Shown here: one piece after another, positions 19,360-28,600 of the stretch
Position numbering within the stretch: the first letter of the stretch is position 1
Layout: every line of letters starts with the position of its first letter
Assembly: GCA_018830295.1 (NCBI GenBank)
Contig: JAHJSM010000003.1
Location: 2,512 to 66,511 of the forward strand
Source: Patescibacteria group bacterium
Lineage (GTDB): Bacteria > Patescibacteriota > Minisyncoccia > Portnoybacterales > UBA2143
Reading direction: 5' to 3'
DNA: 64,000 nt
Made by a program: the position numbers and the translations under genes
Notes under the pieces: generated by a model
Told to the model about the DNA's origin: nothing
Seen by the model: only the letters and a program-made list of their open reading frames with translations
Databases searched by the model: none

Positions 19360-21438
19360 TTAGTTTATCGTTCTTAAAAACCGACTTACTGACATTTGTT
19401 TTATATTCGCGCTTGGATTAAACCCGCGAATAAATTCAGCTAATTTAATTTGTCTATTAAACTCAATCGCGCCTAATTTTCCATCTGAAGGCAGCCCAAT
19501 TGCTTTCGCGCCTCCTGGCTGGTTAAATATCTCCCATGCTTCTTTGCTTGAAGGAATTTTTTCAAGTAATTCGCTCACTTTAACGCTCTTAATCGCTTCG
19601 TATTCGGCTTTACTAAAGCCGAACGCCTTAATATGCGCCATTTCATTTTCTAAAAACGGGTCAACTCCTTCCTCTGGTAATTCTGGTTGCGCTTCTAAAT
19701 ATGTCTTAAATCTCTGATCATCTAAATTTATCTCAACTCCTTTATTAGTCAAAATCTCATCTATCTTCCCTGAAGTCAGTTCCTCGCCCGGATGCGCCGC
19801 CGTCCAGTCGCCCAATATTTTATCGTTATTTGTAATATTTTCCAAAGCCGCTTGCTTTAAGGCGCTTGCATCCCCAAATATTTCATCCATCCCCGCTTTA
19901 TCCTCAAAAATGCTTGAAAAATCAATTTTCTGCCCCACTTTAATTTTATCAATATCCTCCAATCCAAACTTACCCGGATCAGCCGCTATTTTACCCTTAA
20001 TCGCGTCAATCAAATATGTTTTCCTCGCCCCATCCAGCCCCGCGAATTTCTCTCCATAATTTTTTGCCAACTGCTCCTCCGCCATTTTCCAAACCGAATC
20101 CCCTTTCCCCGCCACTTCCACGAAACCGCCGCCCGTTTCCATCGGCGCGCTTTCAGGAACAACCTTCGCTTCGGGGACTGTCCCCTCTGCGGGGACAGTC
20201 CCCTGATTCTCCACCGTTGGCGCCGCTTCCGCCCCAAGACCCACCTTCTCCTTCGCCCAATCCGCCCACTCATGAGGAATAACATTTCCCAACGCCTTAG
20301 CCGTCCACCCCGAAGCGATCAAAGCGCCCATTGACCCGGCCAGCGCGAAGCGCCGATATTTCTCCCATTTCTTCCCGCCTTCCAATTCAAGCAATTTTTC
20401 GTCTAATTTTTTATCCCCATTCTTTATGCTCTCCATCAACTTGTCCGCGAATTCAGCCGTCACTTCCTTCCCCGCTTTTTTCTCTTGGCTTCTCTTAATC
20501 AATCCTTCAAGACCAACCGCCGCCGCTGAACCGCCCAAAACTCTCTGAAACCACCTGCCCGCCACAACTCCCGTCACCATTGCCGCGCCCGCCGCTCCGC
20601 CAACCGCGCCCGCCGCCACGCCTCCCGCTAGCAAACCAGCCGAAAGCATTAGTTTGTATTTCAAAGGCATCTTCCGATACTTCTCAACTACTTTTTTAGA
20701 AATATTCAAAACTTTTTCAAACCTTGACGCCCCGCCTCTTAATTCCAAATCCAATTCCGTTTTTTTGTCATACAATTTATTCGCCTCCGCCGCGATTGTT
20801 TCTATAATAATATCTTTTTCGGATCCGGAATCCAGTATCTCCGCTCTCCGCGCCTTTAACGCTTCAAAATACCTCCCCTTCGCCTCCGCGTATTCCTTCC
20901 CCGCGTTCCCGCCATCTTTTTCAAAATCTTCTTTCGTCTTTTTTTCTTTAGAAAACTTTTTCTTCGCTCTAATATATTTCTCCGCCATCAAATCCACTTT
21001 CGCAAACTCTCCCCGCGCCTCCTCTAAAATCTCTGTCGCTGTCTTTTCTTTCTCTATTTTCGCTTCTTTTTCTTTGTCAGCAACCAGCTCTTTCTCCATC
21101 TCTTCTATCTCGTCTTTGTTTTCATCTTCAAATGTCTTATCAATTATTTTTTGATTCTCTTCGCTAATAGAGGACAGTCCCTCGCCGCGAGGGCTGCCCT
21201 CGTCTTTGTTTACTTTTTTTAATTTTTTTAATTTTCTCGCTTCAACTTTCTTCACTTTTTTCGTCTTGTCCTCCAAACTGCCCGCTATATTTTTCTTAAC
21301 CAGCGCCGGCTGGTCTTCCCATTTCCTTACCACCTTCGCCACCTCCGATGTATCCGAGCGCTCAAAAATCTCCGCCCCAAAAGCATGATTTACTAATTCT
21401 TCCGCATCCTTCTCATATTTTTTATCTTTATCGTCCAT
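19360..21438 (-). CDS. large hypothetical protein with K/E-rich coiled-coil N-terminus and Gly/Ala-rich TM segment
   Basis: A 692-aa ORF with two in-frame hairpin insertions; no recognisable domain. Confidence 0.45.
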   Translation of the reverse strand: MDDKDKKYEKDAEELVNHAFGAEIFERSDTSEVAKVVRKWEDQPALVKKNIAGSLEDKTKKVKKVEARKLKKLKKVNKDEGSPRGEGLSSISEENQKIIDKTFEDENKDEIEEMEKELVADKEKEAKIEKEKTATEILEEARGEFAKVDLMAEKYIRAKKKFSKEKKTKEDFEKDGGNAGKEYAEAKGRYFEALKARRAEILDSGSEKDIIIETIAAEANKLYDKKTELDLELRGGASRFEKVLNISKKVVEKYRKMPLKYKLMLSAGLLAGGVAAGAVGGAAGAAMVTGVVAGRWFQRVLGGSAAAVGLEGLIKRSQEKKAGKEVTAEFADKLMESIKNGDKKLDEKLLELEGGKKWEKYRRFALAGSMGALIASGWTAKALGNVIPHEWADWAKEKVGLGAEAAPTVENQGTVPAEGTVPEAKVVPESAPMETGGGFVEVAGKGDSVWKMAEEQLAKNYGEKFAGLDGARKTYLIDAIKGKIAADPGKFGLEDIDKIKVGQKIDFSSIFEDKAGMDEIFGDASALKQAALENITNNDKILGDWTAAHPGEELTSGKIDEILTNKGVEINLDDQRFKTYLEAQPELPEEGVDPFLENEMAHIKAFGFSKAEYEAIKSVKVSELLEKIPSSKEAWEIFNQPGGAKAIGLPSDGKLGAIEFNRQIKLAEFIRGFNPSANIKQMSVSRFLRTIN
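20173..20203. repeat. GC hairpin element inside CDS 19360-21438
   Basis: ggggactgtcccctctgcggggacagtcccc, translated as GTVPAEGTVP. Confidence 0.85.
21172..21208. repeat. degenerate GC hairpin element inside CDS 19360-21438
   Basis: ggacagtccctcgccgcgagggctgccctcgtc is a mixed or eroded copy. Confidence 0.6.
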
Positions 21439-21455
21439 AAAATTATTATACCATA

Positions 21456-22859
21456 CTAATACTCATACTCCCAAACGACCAGCCCGTTTCCGTCCCTTAA
21501 AATAACCTTATCGCTCACATTATTTAAAATATCAATTGACTTGCCCAAAAAAACCCTCCACTCATCGCCAAAAAAATCAACCTCCAAATAGTGGTCGTTA
21601 TAGCAATACGCGTAATTAAACTGCTCGTTCAAAAACGCGACACATGTATTGTCAACGCTAACCTCATAATTGCTGGAATAATCGGGTATTTCGCACTCGT
21701 CTAAATCGTCAATAAAAGAGCGGCAGGCTGTTTTCAAATGACTGTATTCCGACGCGTCAAAAACGGGGCAATCCTCATTCAATGATGGATAAAACTGCTC
21801 GCTTTGGTCTAAATATCCCGCGCATTTGTTGGTTCTAAAATCTATTCCCTGGGGACTTATCCCGACAGAGATAATAACCTCATCATCAGGAGCCAATTCC
21901 ACATCCGCGGGAGTGCTCGCCGAAAAAGGATACCGCAATTTATGAATCGCTTGCGGAATGTCCGCCGTTTCGTTGCTTGTCTCAATCGTCCATCCACCCA
22001 TATTAACTGCGTTATCGCTTTCATTAACTAAAACCAAATAATCATTTTCAAAATCGTCTTCGTCGTAAGAAATATCGTCAATTTCCACGGCTCCATAATT
22101 AGACGAAACCCCTATTTGAAAACTCCAAGAAGCCGGACTGTGGTCAACATAACCCTCTTCATTCATCGCCCGGACAAAAAAGGTAAATGCCCCATTCCAA
22201 CCCGACAAATCATACTCCTTAACATAATCATCGCCCTCGCCTTCCCACTCATCGTCATACCCTGACAAATATGTTTCAAACTCCAGTTCGCTTACATCGC
22301 CCAAAGGATTAGTTCCTGTGTATGTAAAAGAAATGTCAGTACTCTCTATCGCCTCGCCTTGCGACGGACCGCTCAAAATACTTGTTTCCGGATATCGGTT
22401 CGGCTCCGACAATGTTAAAGAAGCGCCCTCATCAAAATCGTCCAAAACATCATCGTCAACGCTAATAATATATTTCCACCCAAAACCATTCCCCGTAAAA
22501 ATGCCCGGGCTGGGAATCCATCGTTTCTTCCCCAACTCAATCAAATAGACCTCGGGACCGGAGCCCTTTAATAAACTTCCGTCTGGATAATCCTCCCCGT
22601 CATCCCAATCTTCACTCCGCGGATAACTCCCCACAACCGAATTCGTGTATGTCTTAATATTCTCCCAAATAAAATTAAAGACCGAGAATGTCTCCGGGTC
22701 GGGAATCCAATGCCTCGTTCCTTTCTCCAATAAATACACCTCTGGCCCGCTTCCCTTTATTAGGTCCAGCTTTGGTAAAAACGCGTTCGCAAAAAAAGGC
22801 GCGGCAAAAAGAACCAAAAACAAAAAAACAAATTTTAATTTCCCTTTTTTATCAAACAT
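21456..22859 (-). CDS. secreted protein with duplicated KGSGPEVYL..W.P module and lamin-tail-like segment
   Basis: Signal peptide KLKFVFLFLVLFAAPFFANA. The module LKGSGPEVYLLEKGTRHWIPDPETF occurs twice. LVLVNESDNAVNMGGWTIE looks LTD-like. Confidence 0.5.
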   Translation of the reverse strand: MFDKKGKLKFVFLFLVLFAAPFFANAFLPKLDLIKGSGPEVYLLEKGTRHWIPDPETFSVFNFIWENIKTYTNSVVGSYPRSEDWDDGEDYPDGSLLKGSGPEVYLIELGKKRWIPSPGIFTGNGFGWKYIISVDDDVLDDFDEGASLTLSEPNRYPETSILSGPSQGEAIESTDISFTYTGTNPLGDVSELEFETYLSGYDDEWEGEGDDYVKEYDLSGWNGAFTFFVRAMNEEGYVDHSPASWSFQIGVSSNYGAVEIDDISYDEDDFENDYLVLVNESDNAVNMGGWTIETSNETADIPQAIHKLRYPFSASTPADVELAPDDEVIISVGISPQGIDFRTNKCAGYLDQSEQFYPSLNEDCPVFDASEYSHLKTACRSFIDDLDECEIPDYSSNYEVSVDNTCVAFLNEQFNYAYCYNDHYLEVDFFGDEWRVFLGKSIDILNNVSDKVILRDGNGLVVWEYEY

Positions 22860-22932
22860 TACATTATCCACATTGATTTTAACATAAAACATAATGTATA
22901 ATCAACATAACTAATCCCCAATGAAAGAAATT

Positions 22933-23042
22933 CAAGGTCAGACCCTTTTATGGCTTTCTTCTGCGACGAGCGCTTTAGATTTTTCTGATACGCGTGGGGC
23001 GCCCTTTAGGGCTAAAGCGTTCGGAAAAATCTAAACGCGAGT
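22933..23042. repeat. ~120-nt intergenic repeat, family B, copy 1
   Basis: caaggtcagacc...gcgctttagatttttctgatacgcgtggggcgccctttagggctaaagcgttcggaaaaatctaaacgcgag. Nested inverted repeats. It sits between divergent gene starts. Confidence 0.7.
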
Positions 23043-23046
23043 ATTT

Positions 23047-24570
23047 ATGTTTATGAAAAAAAATAAAACAATTATCCTTCTCCTTCTCATCCTATCTATC
23101 GCGACATTTTTACGCGTTTGGCAACTTGATAGCGCGCCGCCTGGACTTTATCCTGATGAAGCCATGAACGCCAACGATGCCCTAACATCATTAAATAATA
23201 ATCAATTTAAACTTTTCTACCCAGAAAACAACGGCCGCGAAGGTCTTTATTTTTGGCTCATCGCCCTTGCTTTTAAAATATTTGGCGTTTCAATCTGGTC
23301 CCTGCGTTTTACTAGCGCCATCATCGGAACTTTAACTGTCTTAGGAATTTACTTACTAACCAAAGAACTATTTTCAAAAAAAATCGCTCTTCTCTCTTCA
23401 TTTTTTCTCGCCATCTCTTTTTGGCACATCAATTTCAGCCGCATCGGCTTCCGCGCCATTCTCGTCCCATTCTTAATGTGCTTCTCTTTTTATTTCCTCC
23501 TCCGCGCGTTTCGCAAAAACAATATTCTTAACTATATTTGGGCTGGAGTATTTTTTGGTCTCGGTTTTTACAGCTATATCGCCTTTAGGGTGGCTGTCAT
23601 TTTCTTAGGTATTATTATTTTAACGCAAATTATTAAAGATATGAGATGGTCTAATCTTTGGAAAATAGGTTTATTTCTAGTTGTTATTTTTATTGTCGCT
23701 TTGCCTATTGGTATCTATTTTCTCAACAACCCTCTGGATTTCACAGGAAGAACTGGCGGGGTCTCTATTTTTTCAACGGAACAACCGCTATTAGAATTCG
23801 GAAAAAGCGCCGTTAAAATATTCTTTATGTTTAATGTCTTCGGCGATTGGAACTGGCGGCATAATTACGCTGGCTCGCCAATGCTTGTTTGGCCCATAGG
23901 CATCCTTTTTATATTAGGAATGATTTCAACGATTAAAAAACTTTTCTCGTCTGAAAAATACCAGTCCATTTTTTTATTGAGCTGGTTCGCGGTTATGCTC
24001 CTGCCAGCTATTCTCACCTATGAAGGAATGCCTCATGCCCTTCGCGCTATTGGAATTATCCCAGTGGTATATATAATATCCGCTTTGGGCGGCTTTTGGT
24101 TATTTGAAAAACTGTCATTAGCAAAAATGAAAAGCGCTAAATATCTTGCCGCTTTTTTGCTTATTTTTATTATCTTATACCCAGGCTTCAGAAACTTTAA
24201 CAAGTATTTTTTTGACTGGGCAAAAAAACCAGAAACCGCCATGTCTTTTTCTAATGATTATGTAAAAATTGGCGAATACCTCAACTCTCTTCCTGACCAA
24301 GTAAAAAAATATGTCATCGTCAATGAAAAAGGAACTCCTTATTATGGGCTCTCAATCGCCGCCCAAACGCCAATTTTCATTGAAAGCGCAAAATTCGGAA
24401 AGCCGCGCGCTACTTATCTGCCATGGCAAGAAATCGGACAAATTGAAATTTCTCCCTACAAAACTGTCATTTTAACTCTTTATAACCACCAGGCCTTTGA
24501 GGAACTTCAAAAAATGTTCCCTCAAGGAAAAATAAGACAAGACGAACCCTATCGGTTTGAAATAGAATAA
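23047..24570 (+). CDS. GT39/ArnT-like lipid-carrier-dependent glycosyltransferase
   Basis: LDSAPPGLYPDEAMNANDAL, a multi-TM PMT/ArnT architecture. Confidence 0.8.
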   Translation: MFMKKNKTIILLLLILSIATFLRVWQLDSAPPGLYPDEAMNANDALTSLNNNQFKLFYPENNGREGLYFWLIALAFKIFGVSIWSLRFTSAIIGTLTVLGIYLLTKELFSKKIALLSSFFLAISFWHINFSRIGFRAILVPFLMCFSFYFLLRAFRKNNILNYIWAGVFFGLGFYSYIAFRVAVIFLGIIILTQIIKDMRWSNLWKIGLFLVVIFIVALPIGIYFLNNPLDFTGRTGGVSIFSTEQPLLEFGKSAVKIFFMFNVFGDWNWRHNYAGSPMLVWPIGILFILGMISTIKKLFSSEKYQSIFLLSWFAVMLLPAILTYEGMPHALRAIGIIPVVYIISALGGFWLFEKLSLAKMKSAKYLAAFLLIFIILYPGFRNFNKYFFDWAKKPETAMSFSNDYVKIGEYLNSLPDQVKKYVIVNEKGTPYYGLSIAAQTPIFIESAKFGKPRATYLPWQEIGQIEISPYKTVILTLYNHQAFEELQKMFPQGKIRQDEPYRFEIE

Positions 24571-24593
24571 AATAGAAAAATAAACAAAAAGAT

Positions 24594-26336
24594 ATGTCTA
24601 ACCGTTTTACCTACGCCATCGCGTTCCTTCTTCTAATAATCTCTTTTACCCTCTGCTTTTTTACTCTCTTTGACGATTGCTGGACCTTTGACGAAACCGC
24701 GCACATCGCGTCCGGTTATTCTTATTTAACTCAACACGACTTTCGCCTCAATCCAGAACACCCGCCGCTCATTAAGGACTTAGCGGCCGCGCCTCTCTTG
24801 TTTCTTAATCTCAACTTTCCCAAAGAACATTCTGCGTGGCTCCAAGAAGGAGACCCTGTCTGGTGGCTTCAATTTGATTTCGCCAGCCAATTTTTATACC
24901 AAGCCGGCAACGACCCAGACCAAATCCTCCTTTTCGCGAGAATACCAATGATTTTATTATTTCTTTTCCTGGCTTGGTTTGTCTTTTTTTGGACAAAAAA
25001 ACTTTTTGGCAACAAGACCGCCCTGCTATCCCTTTTCTTCATCGCGTTATCTCCCACTTTTTTAGCCCATGGAAGATTAGTCACAACTGACATCGGAGCC
25101 GCTTTAGGAACAGTAATCGCAACTTGCGTCTGGTTAAAATTTTTAAAAAAGCCATCTTGGAAAAATGTTCTTTTAGCCGCTTTTATTTTAGGCATTTCTT
25201 TGCTTCTTAAATTTTCCCTGATTTTACTAATTCCATTCTTGGGCATTATTACTCTTTTTTACGCCTGGGTTTACAAAAAACCCTTCCTAAAATATATCGC
25301 CCTCTCCACGCTTATCGGTTTAATCGCTTTAATTTTTGTTATCTGGCCCATTTACCAAGCGCATACATTTAATTACCCTGTCCAGCAACAACTCAAAGAC
25401 ACTGTCTTTCGGCTTGAGAGCGCGTCTGCTCCTGAATTTATTGCAGAACCGCTTCTTTGGATGAGCGATAAACCAATCTTGAGGTCTCTTAGCCATTACT
25501 TTACTGGAATAGTAATGACTGTTAGCCGCGCTGGCGGAGGCAATACCACATTCTTTATGGGACAAATGTCCGCCGAAGCGTGGAAAAGTTATTTCCCTAT
25601 TGTTTATCTAATCAAAGAACCGCTACCATTTCACATTCTCACCCTCCTTGCCCTAATCTGGTCCCTTTATTCAATTTTTAGAAAAAAGAAAATAGCAGTC
25701 AGAAAATTGCTTTCCAAGTATTTTACGGAATTCGCTATGTTCATTTTTCTAATTATTTACTGGACTGTCAGCATCAAAGGCAATCTCAATATTGGAGTAA
25801 GACATCTTTTGCCGGTCTTCCCTTTTACTATTATTTTAGTCAGTCGCGCTACTATTTCGTGGTTAAAAGAACCCGCCTTAAAAATTAAATATATTTTTGT
25901 CGGACTTCTTCTTCTTTGGCAAGCCGTTTCAGTTATCCAAATCTATCCCAGTTTCCTCGCCTACTTCAACGAATTAGTCGGAGGTCCAGCCAACGGATAT
26001 GAATTTGTGACGGATTCCAACATTGATTGGGGTCAGGACCTAAGGCGTTTAACCGCTTTTGTTGAAGAAAACAAAATAGATAAAATTTATCTTAATTATT
26101 TCGGCGGCGGCTCCCCAACCTATTATCTCGGCGCTCGATACCAAAAATGGGACGCCAAACAAAAACCAGACCAATTGCCGCCAAACAGCTGGCTCGCCAT
26201 CTCCATCAACGAACTGCAAGGAGGAAGAGCAACCCCTGTCAAAGGATTTGACCAAAAAACCGACTATTACAACTGGCTCAACCGATACGAACCAACAGCC
26301 ATCATCGGCCACTCCATTTTTGTTTATCACTTATAA
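24594..26336 (+). CDS. second GT39/PMT_2-like membrane glycosyltransferase
   Basis: WTFDETAHIASGYSYL...EHPPLIK, multi-TM. Confidence 0.7.
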   Translation: MSNRFTYAIAFLLLIISFTLCFFTLFDDCWTFDETAHIASGYSYLTQHDFRLNPEHPPLIKDLAAAPLLFLNLNFPKEHSAWLQEGDPVWWLQFDFASQFLYQAGNDPDQILLFARIPMILLFLFLAWFVFFWTKKLFGNKTALLSLFFIALSPTFLAHGRLVTTDIGAALGTVIATCVWLKFLKKPSWKNVLLAAFILGISLLLKFSLILLIPFLGIITLFYAWVYKKPFLKYIALSTLIGLIALIFVIWPIYQAHTFNYPVQQQLKDTVFRLESASAPEFIAEPLLWMSDKPILRSLSHYFTGIVMTVSRAGGGNTTFFMGQMSAEAWKSYFPIVYLIKEPLPFHILTLLALIWSLYSIFRKKKIAVRKLLSKYFTEFAMFIFLIIYWTVSIKGNLNIGVRHLLPVFPFTIILVSRATISWLKEPALKIKYIFVGLLLLWQAVSVIQIYPSFLAYFNELVGGPANGYEFVTDSNIDWGQDLRRLTAFVEENKIDKIYLNYFGGGSPTYYLGARYQKWDAKQKPDQLPPNSWLAISINELQGGRATPVKGFDQKTDYYNWLNRYEPTAIIGHSIFVYHL

Positions 26337-27196
26337 TACACCCTTCCCTCTATCCTTAAATCCACATACTCTAAAGCGGCCAATCCCTCTTCCGTTTCGT
26401 TTTTTAAAATAACCTTGAGCGCGTCGATTTGCGAAATAGCCGGAACAGACGGATTAAAATAAATCTGCCAGCCCTGAATAGTCGTTGCTTTCAATTCTTC
26501 ATCCGAAACAAATTCAAAATCGCGCGCGTCGGGAAAGACCTTTTTGGCGGTTAAAATAAAATCAATCACCCTTGGCGGAATAACTTCGTCTCTGATTTTC
26601 GCCGAATTATTTTCGCCATAAATATTAAGAACTAAATTGCCTCCGATAAGAGGCGACTCCCGAAAAATCACGCCCTCCCGATCAATCTTAAAACAATCCC
26701 CAATCTCCCCAGGGGACAGTCCCCCGTCCGCGGGGGCTGACCCCGTTGTAGCTAAATTGTCCTCATCACTAAGGGACAGTCCCTCGTCGCGAGGGACTGT
26801 CCCTGTCTTAGTTATCACACACCAAATCCCGACACTCTCCCTCTCCCCTATTTTAATCTCCAAAACAGAAGGCATTTTTTTCAAAACATTGACCAGCCGA
26901 ATTTCAGGAAACCTTTCCAGAATCCTTTTTTCAATTTCCTCCGTCGGCGCCAAAAAAACGCTTTTTAGCGGAATAAAATAAAAAATCTTTTCTTCTAAAA
27001 CCCTTTTCGCGATTTCTTCTATCTCTGCGGATGAATAATACATCGGCTCCTTGCCATCCGCCGCCTCAACTTTAATTTCACCCACCCAAAAAAAAGGCGA
27101 CCAGACCAAAAAATAAGCCAAGCCGCCTATCAAACAAAAAAACAGTCCCAAAAAAACAAACTTTTTAAGGGACTTTTTTTTCTTTCTTTTAATCAT
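26327..27196 (-). CDS. FtsQ/DivIB-like cell-division protein (POTRA) with hairpin-element insertions
   Basis: An N-terminal TM is followed by a POTRA-like region (IRLVNVLKKMPSVLEIKIGERE). Two hairpin units sit in frame (GTVPRDEGLS...GSAPADGGLSPGE). Confidence 0.55.
   Translation of the reverse strand: MIKRKKKKSLKKFVFLGLFFCLIGGLAYFLVWSPFFWVGEIKVEAADGKEPMYYSSAEIEEIAKRVLEEKIFYFIPLKSVFLAPTEEIEKRILERFPEIRLVNVLKKMPSVLEIKIGERESVGIWCVITKTGTVPRDEGLSLSDEDNLATTGSAPADGGLSPGEIGDCFKIDREGVIFRESPLIGGNLVLNIYGENNSAKIRDEVIPPRVIDFILTAKKVFPDARDFEFVSDEELKATTIQGWQIYFNPSVPAISQIDALKVILKNETEEGLAALEYVDLRIEGRVYYK
26712..26803. repeat. two GC hairpin units inside ftsQ-like CDS
   Basis: ggggacagtcccccgtccgcgggggctgacccc ... 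agggacagtccctcgtcgcgagggactgtccct. Confidence 0.85.
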
Positions 27197-27202
27197 TAAT
27201 TT

Positions 27203-27337
27203 ACAAGGTCAGACCTTTTATTTCTTTCAGAACCTCTGACTTTTTTAGTTTCTTTTTCGCAGCAAGCACTTTAGATTTTTTTGATACGCGTGGGGCGCCC
27301 TTTAGGGCTAAAGCGTTCAAAAAAATCTAAATGCGAG
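27203..27337. repeat. family B intergenic repeat, copy 2
   Basis: It shares the same ~120-nt element as 22933-23042. Its end provides the last codons and the TAG stop of serS. Confidence 0.7.
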
Positions 27338-28559
27338 CGGTCCCTCCCATAAACTTCCGCAAAACCTCCGGAACAACAATCCCCCCATCCTTCTTCTGAT
27401 AATTCTCAATAATAGCGATCAAAATCCGCCCCATCGCGAAAGCCGTCCCATTTAAAGTGTGAACAAATTCCGTTCCCTCTTTCCCGCGATAGCGGATATT
27501 CAAACGCCGCGCTTGCCAATCAGTACAGTTGCTCGCCGAATGCGTTTCTCTGTATTCGCCTTGCCCGGGCATCCACGCTTCAATGTCCCACTTTTTCGCC
27601 GCCGGGTCGCCCAAATCGCCCGAACAAATATCAATCACTCGATAAGGAATTTCCAACATTTTCATCAACTTTTCCTCCAACGAAAAAATTAAATTATGCT
27701 CGTCCTTTGATTTATCGGGATGACAAAAACTAAACATTTCCACTTTATCAAACTGATGAACTCTCAAAATCCCCTTTGTGTCTTTCCCGTACGCCCCCGC
27801 TTCGCGCCGAAAACAAGTTGAAAATCCGACATATCTTTTGGGCAAATCCTTTTCTTCAAAAATCTCGCCGCTATGCATCGCTCCGATTGGCTGCTCGGAA
27901 GTGCCAGTCAAATACAAATCGTCTTTTTCTAAGTGATAAACCTCATCCGCTCCTCTGTCCAAATAACCCATTCCTCGCATAGGCGCGTCTTTCAGTAGGA
28001 CGGGCGGAATAACAGGAATAAATCCTTCTTTGCCTAAAACCTCAAGCGCCAATTGGATCAGCGCGAATTCCATCAAAACCGCTTCGCCTTTCAAATAGCC
28101 AAACCTCGTCCCGCTAACTTTTGCTGCCCGCGCGACATCAACAATGTCCAATTTTTCGGCAATTTCCAAATAATCCTTCGGCTTAAAATCAAATTTTCTC
28201 TTTTCCCCTTCTTCTCTTAAAACTTTGTTATCTTTATCGCTCGCCCCCTCAATCACATCGTCAAAAGGCAGATTAGGAACCTGCCTCATTAATTTATCAA
28301 ACTCCTTCTTAACCGCATCCAACCTCGGCTCCAACTCTTTAATCTCTTTCTTTATCTCCTTCGCTTTTTCACGCAAGTGTTCAACGTTCAGGGTTGAACA
28401 TTTATTCCTCTCTGCTTTCAACGCCTCAATCTTCCCCATCAACTCCCGTCGCTCCCCATCCAATTCCAAAAGCCGCTCCAAATCAACCTCCGCCTTCTTC
28501 CGACGGCACCCCTCTTTCACTTTATCTAAATTGTCCCGAATAAATTTAATATCCAACAT
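27327..28559 (-). CDS. serS: seryl-tRNA synthetase
   Basis: A class II aaRS with an N-terminal coiled-coil arm (MLDIKFIRDNLD...) and a SerS catalytic core. Confidence 0.9.
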   Translation of the reverse strand: MLDIKFIRDNLDKVKEGCRRKKAEVDLERLLELDGERRELMGKIEALKAERNKCSTLNVEHLREKAKEIKKEIKELEPRLDAVKKEFDKLMRQVPNLPFDDVIEGASDKDNKVLREEGEKRKFDFKPKDYLEIAEKLDIVDVARAAKVSGTRFGYLKGEAVLMEFALIQLALEVLGKEGFIPVIPPVLLKDAPMRGMGYLDRGADEVYHLEKDDLYLTGTSEQPIGAMHSGEIFEEKDLPKRYVGFSTCFRREAGAYGKDTKGILRVHQFDKVEMFSFCHPDKSKDEHNLIFSLEEKLMKMLEIPYRVIDICSGDLGDPAAKKWDIEAWMPGQGEYRETHSASNCTDWQARRLNIRYRGKEGTEFVHTLNGTAFAMGRILIAIIENYQKKDGGIVVPEVLRKFMGGTARI

Positions 28560-28600
28560 ATTTTTTCATAATCCCGTTCGGCTTTGGTAAAGCCGAATTA

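Noticed and set aside
22921-23046. Family-B repeat as SRP RNA or another known small RNA
   Set aside because: It has caaggtcagacc, but it lacks the SRP domain IV consensus (GGAAGCAGC with a paired helix). It is multi-copy and occupies both 5' and 3' intergenic contexts. That fits a repeat element, not a single-copy housekeeping RNA.
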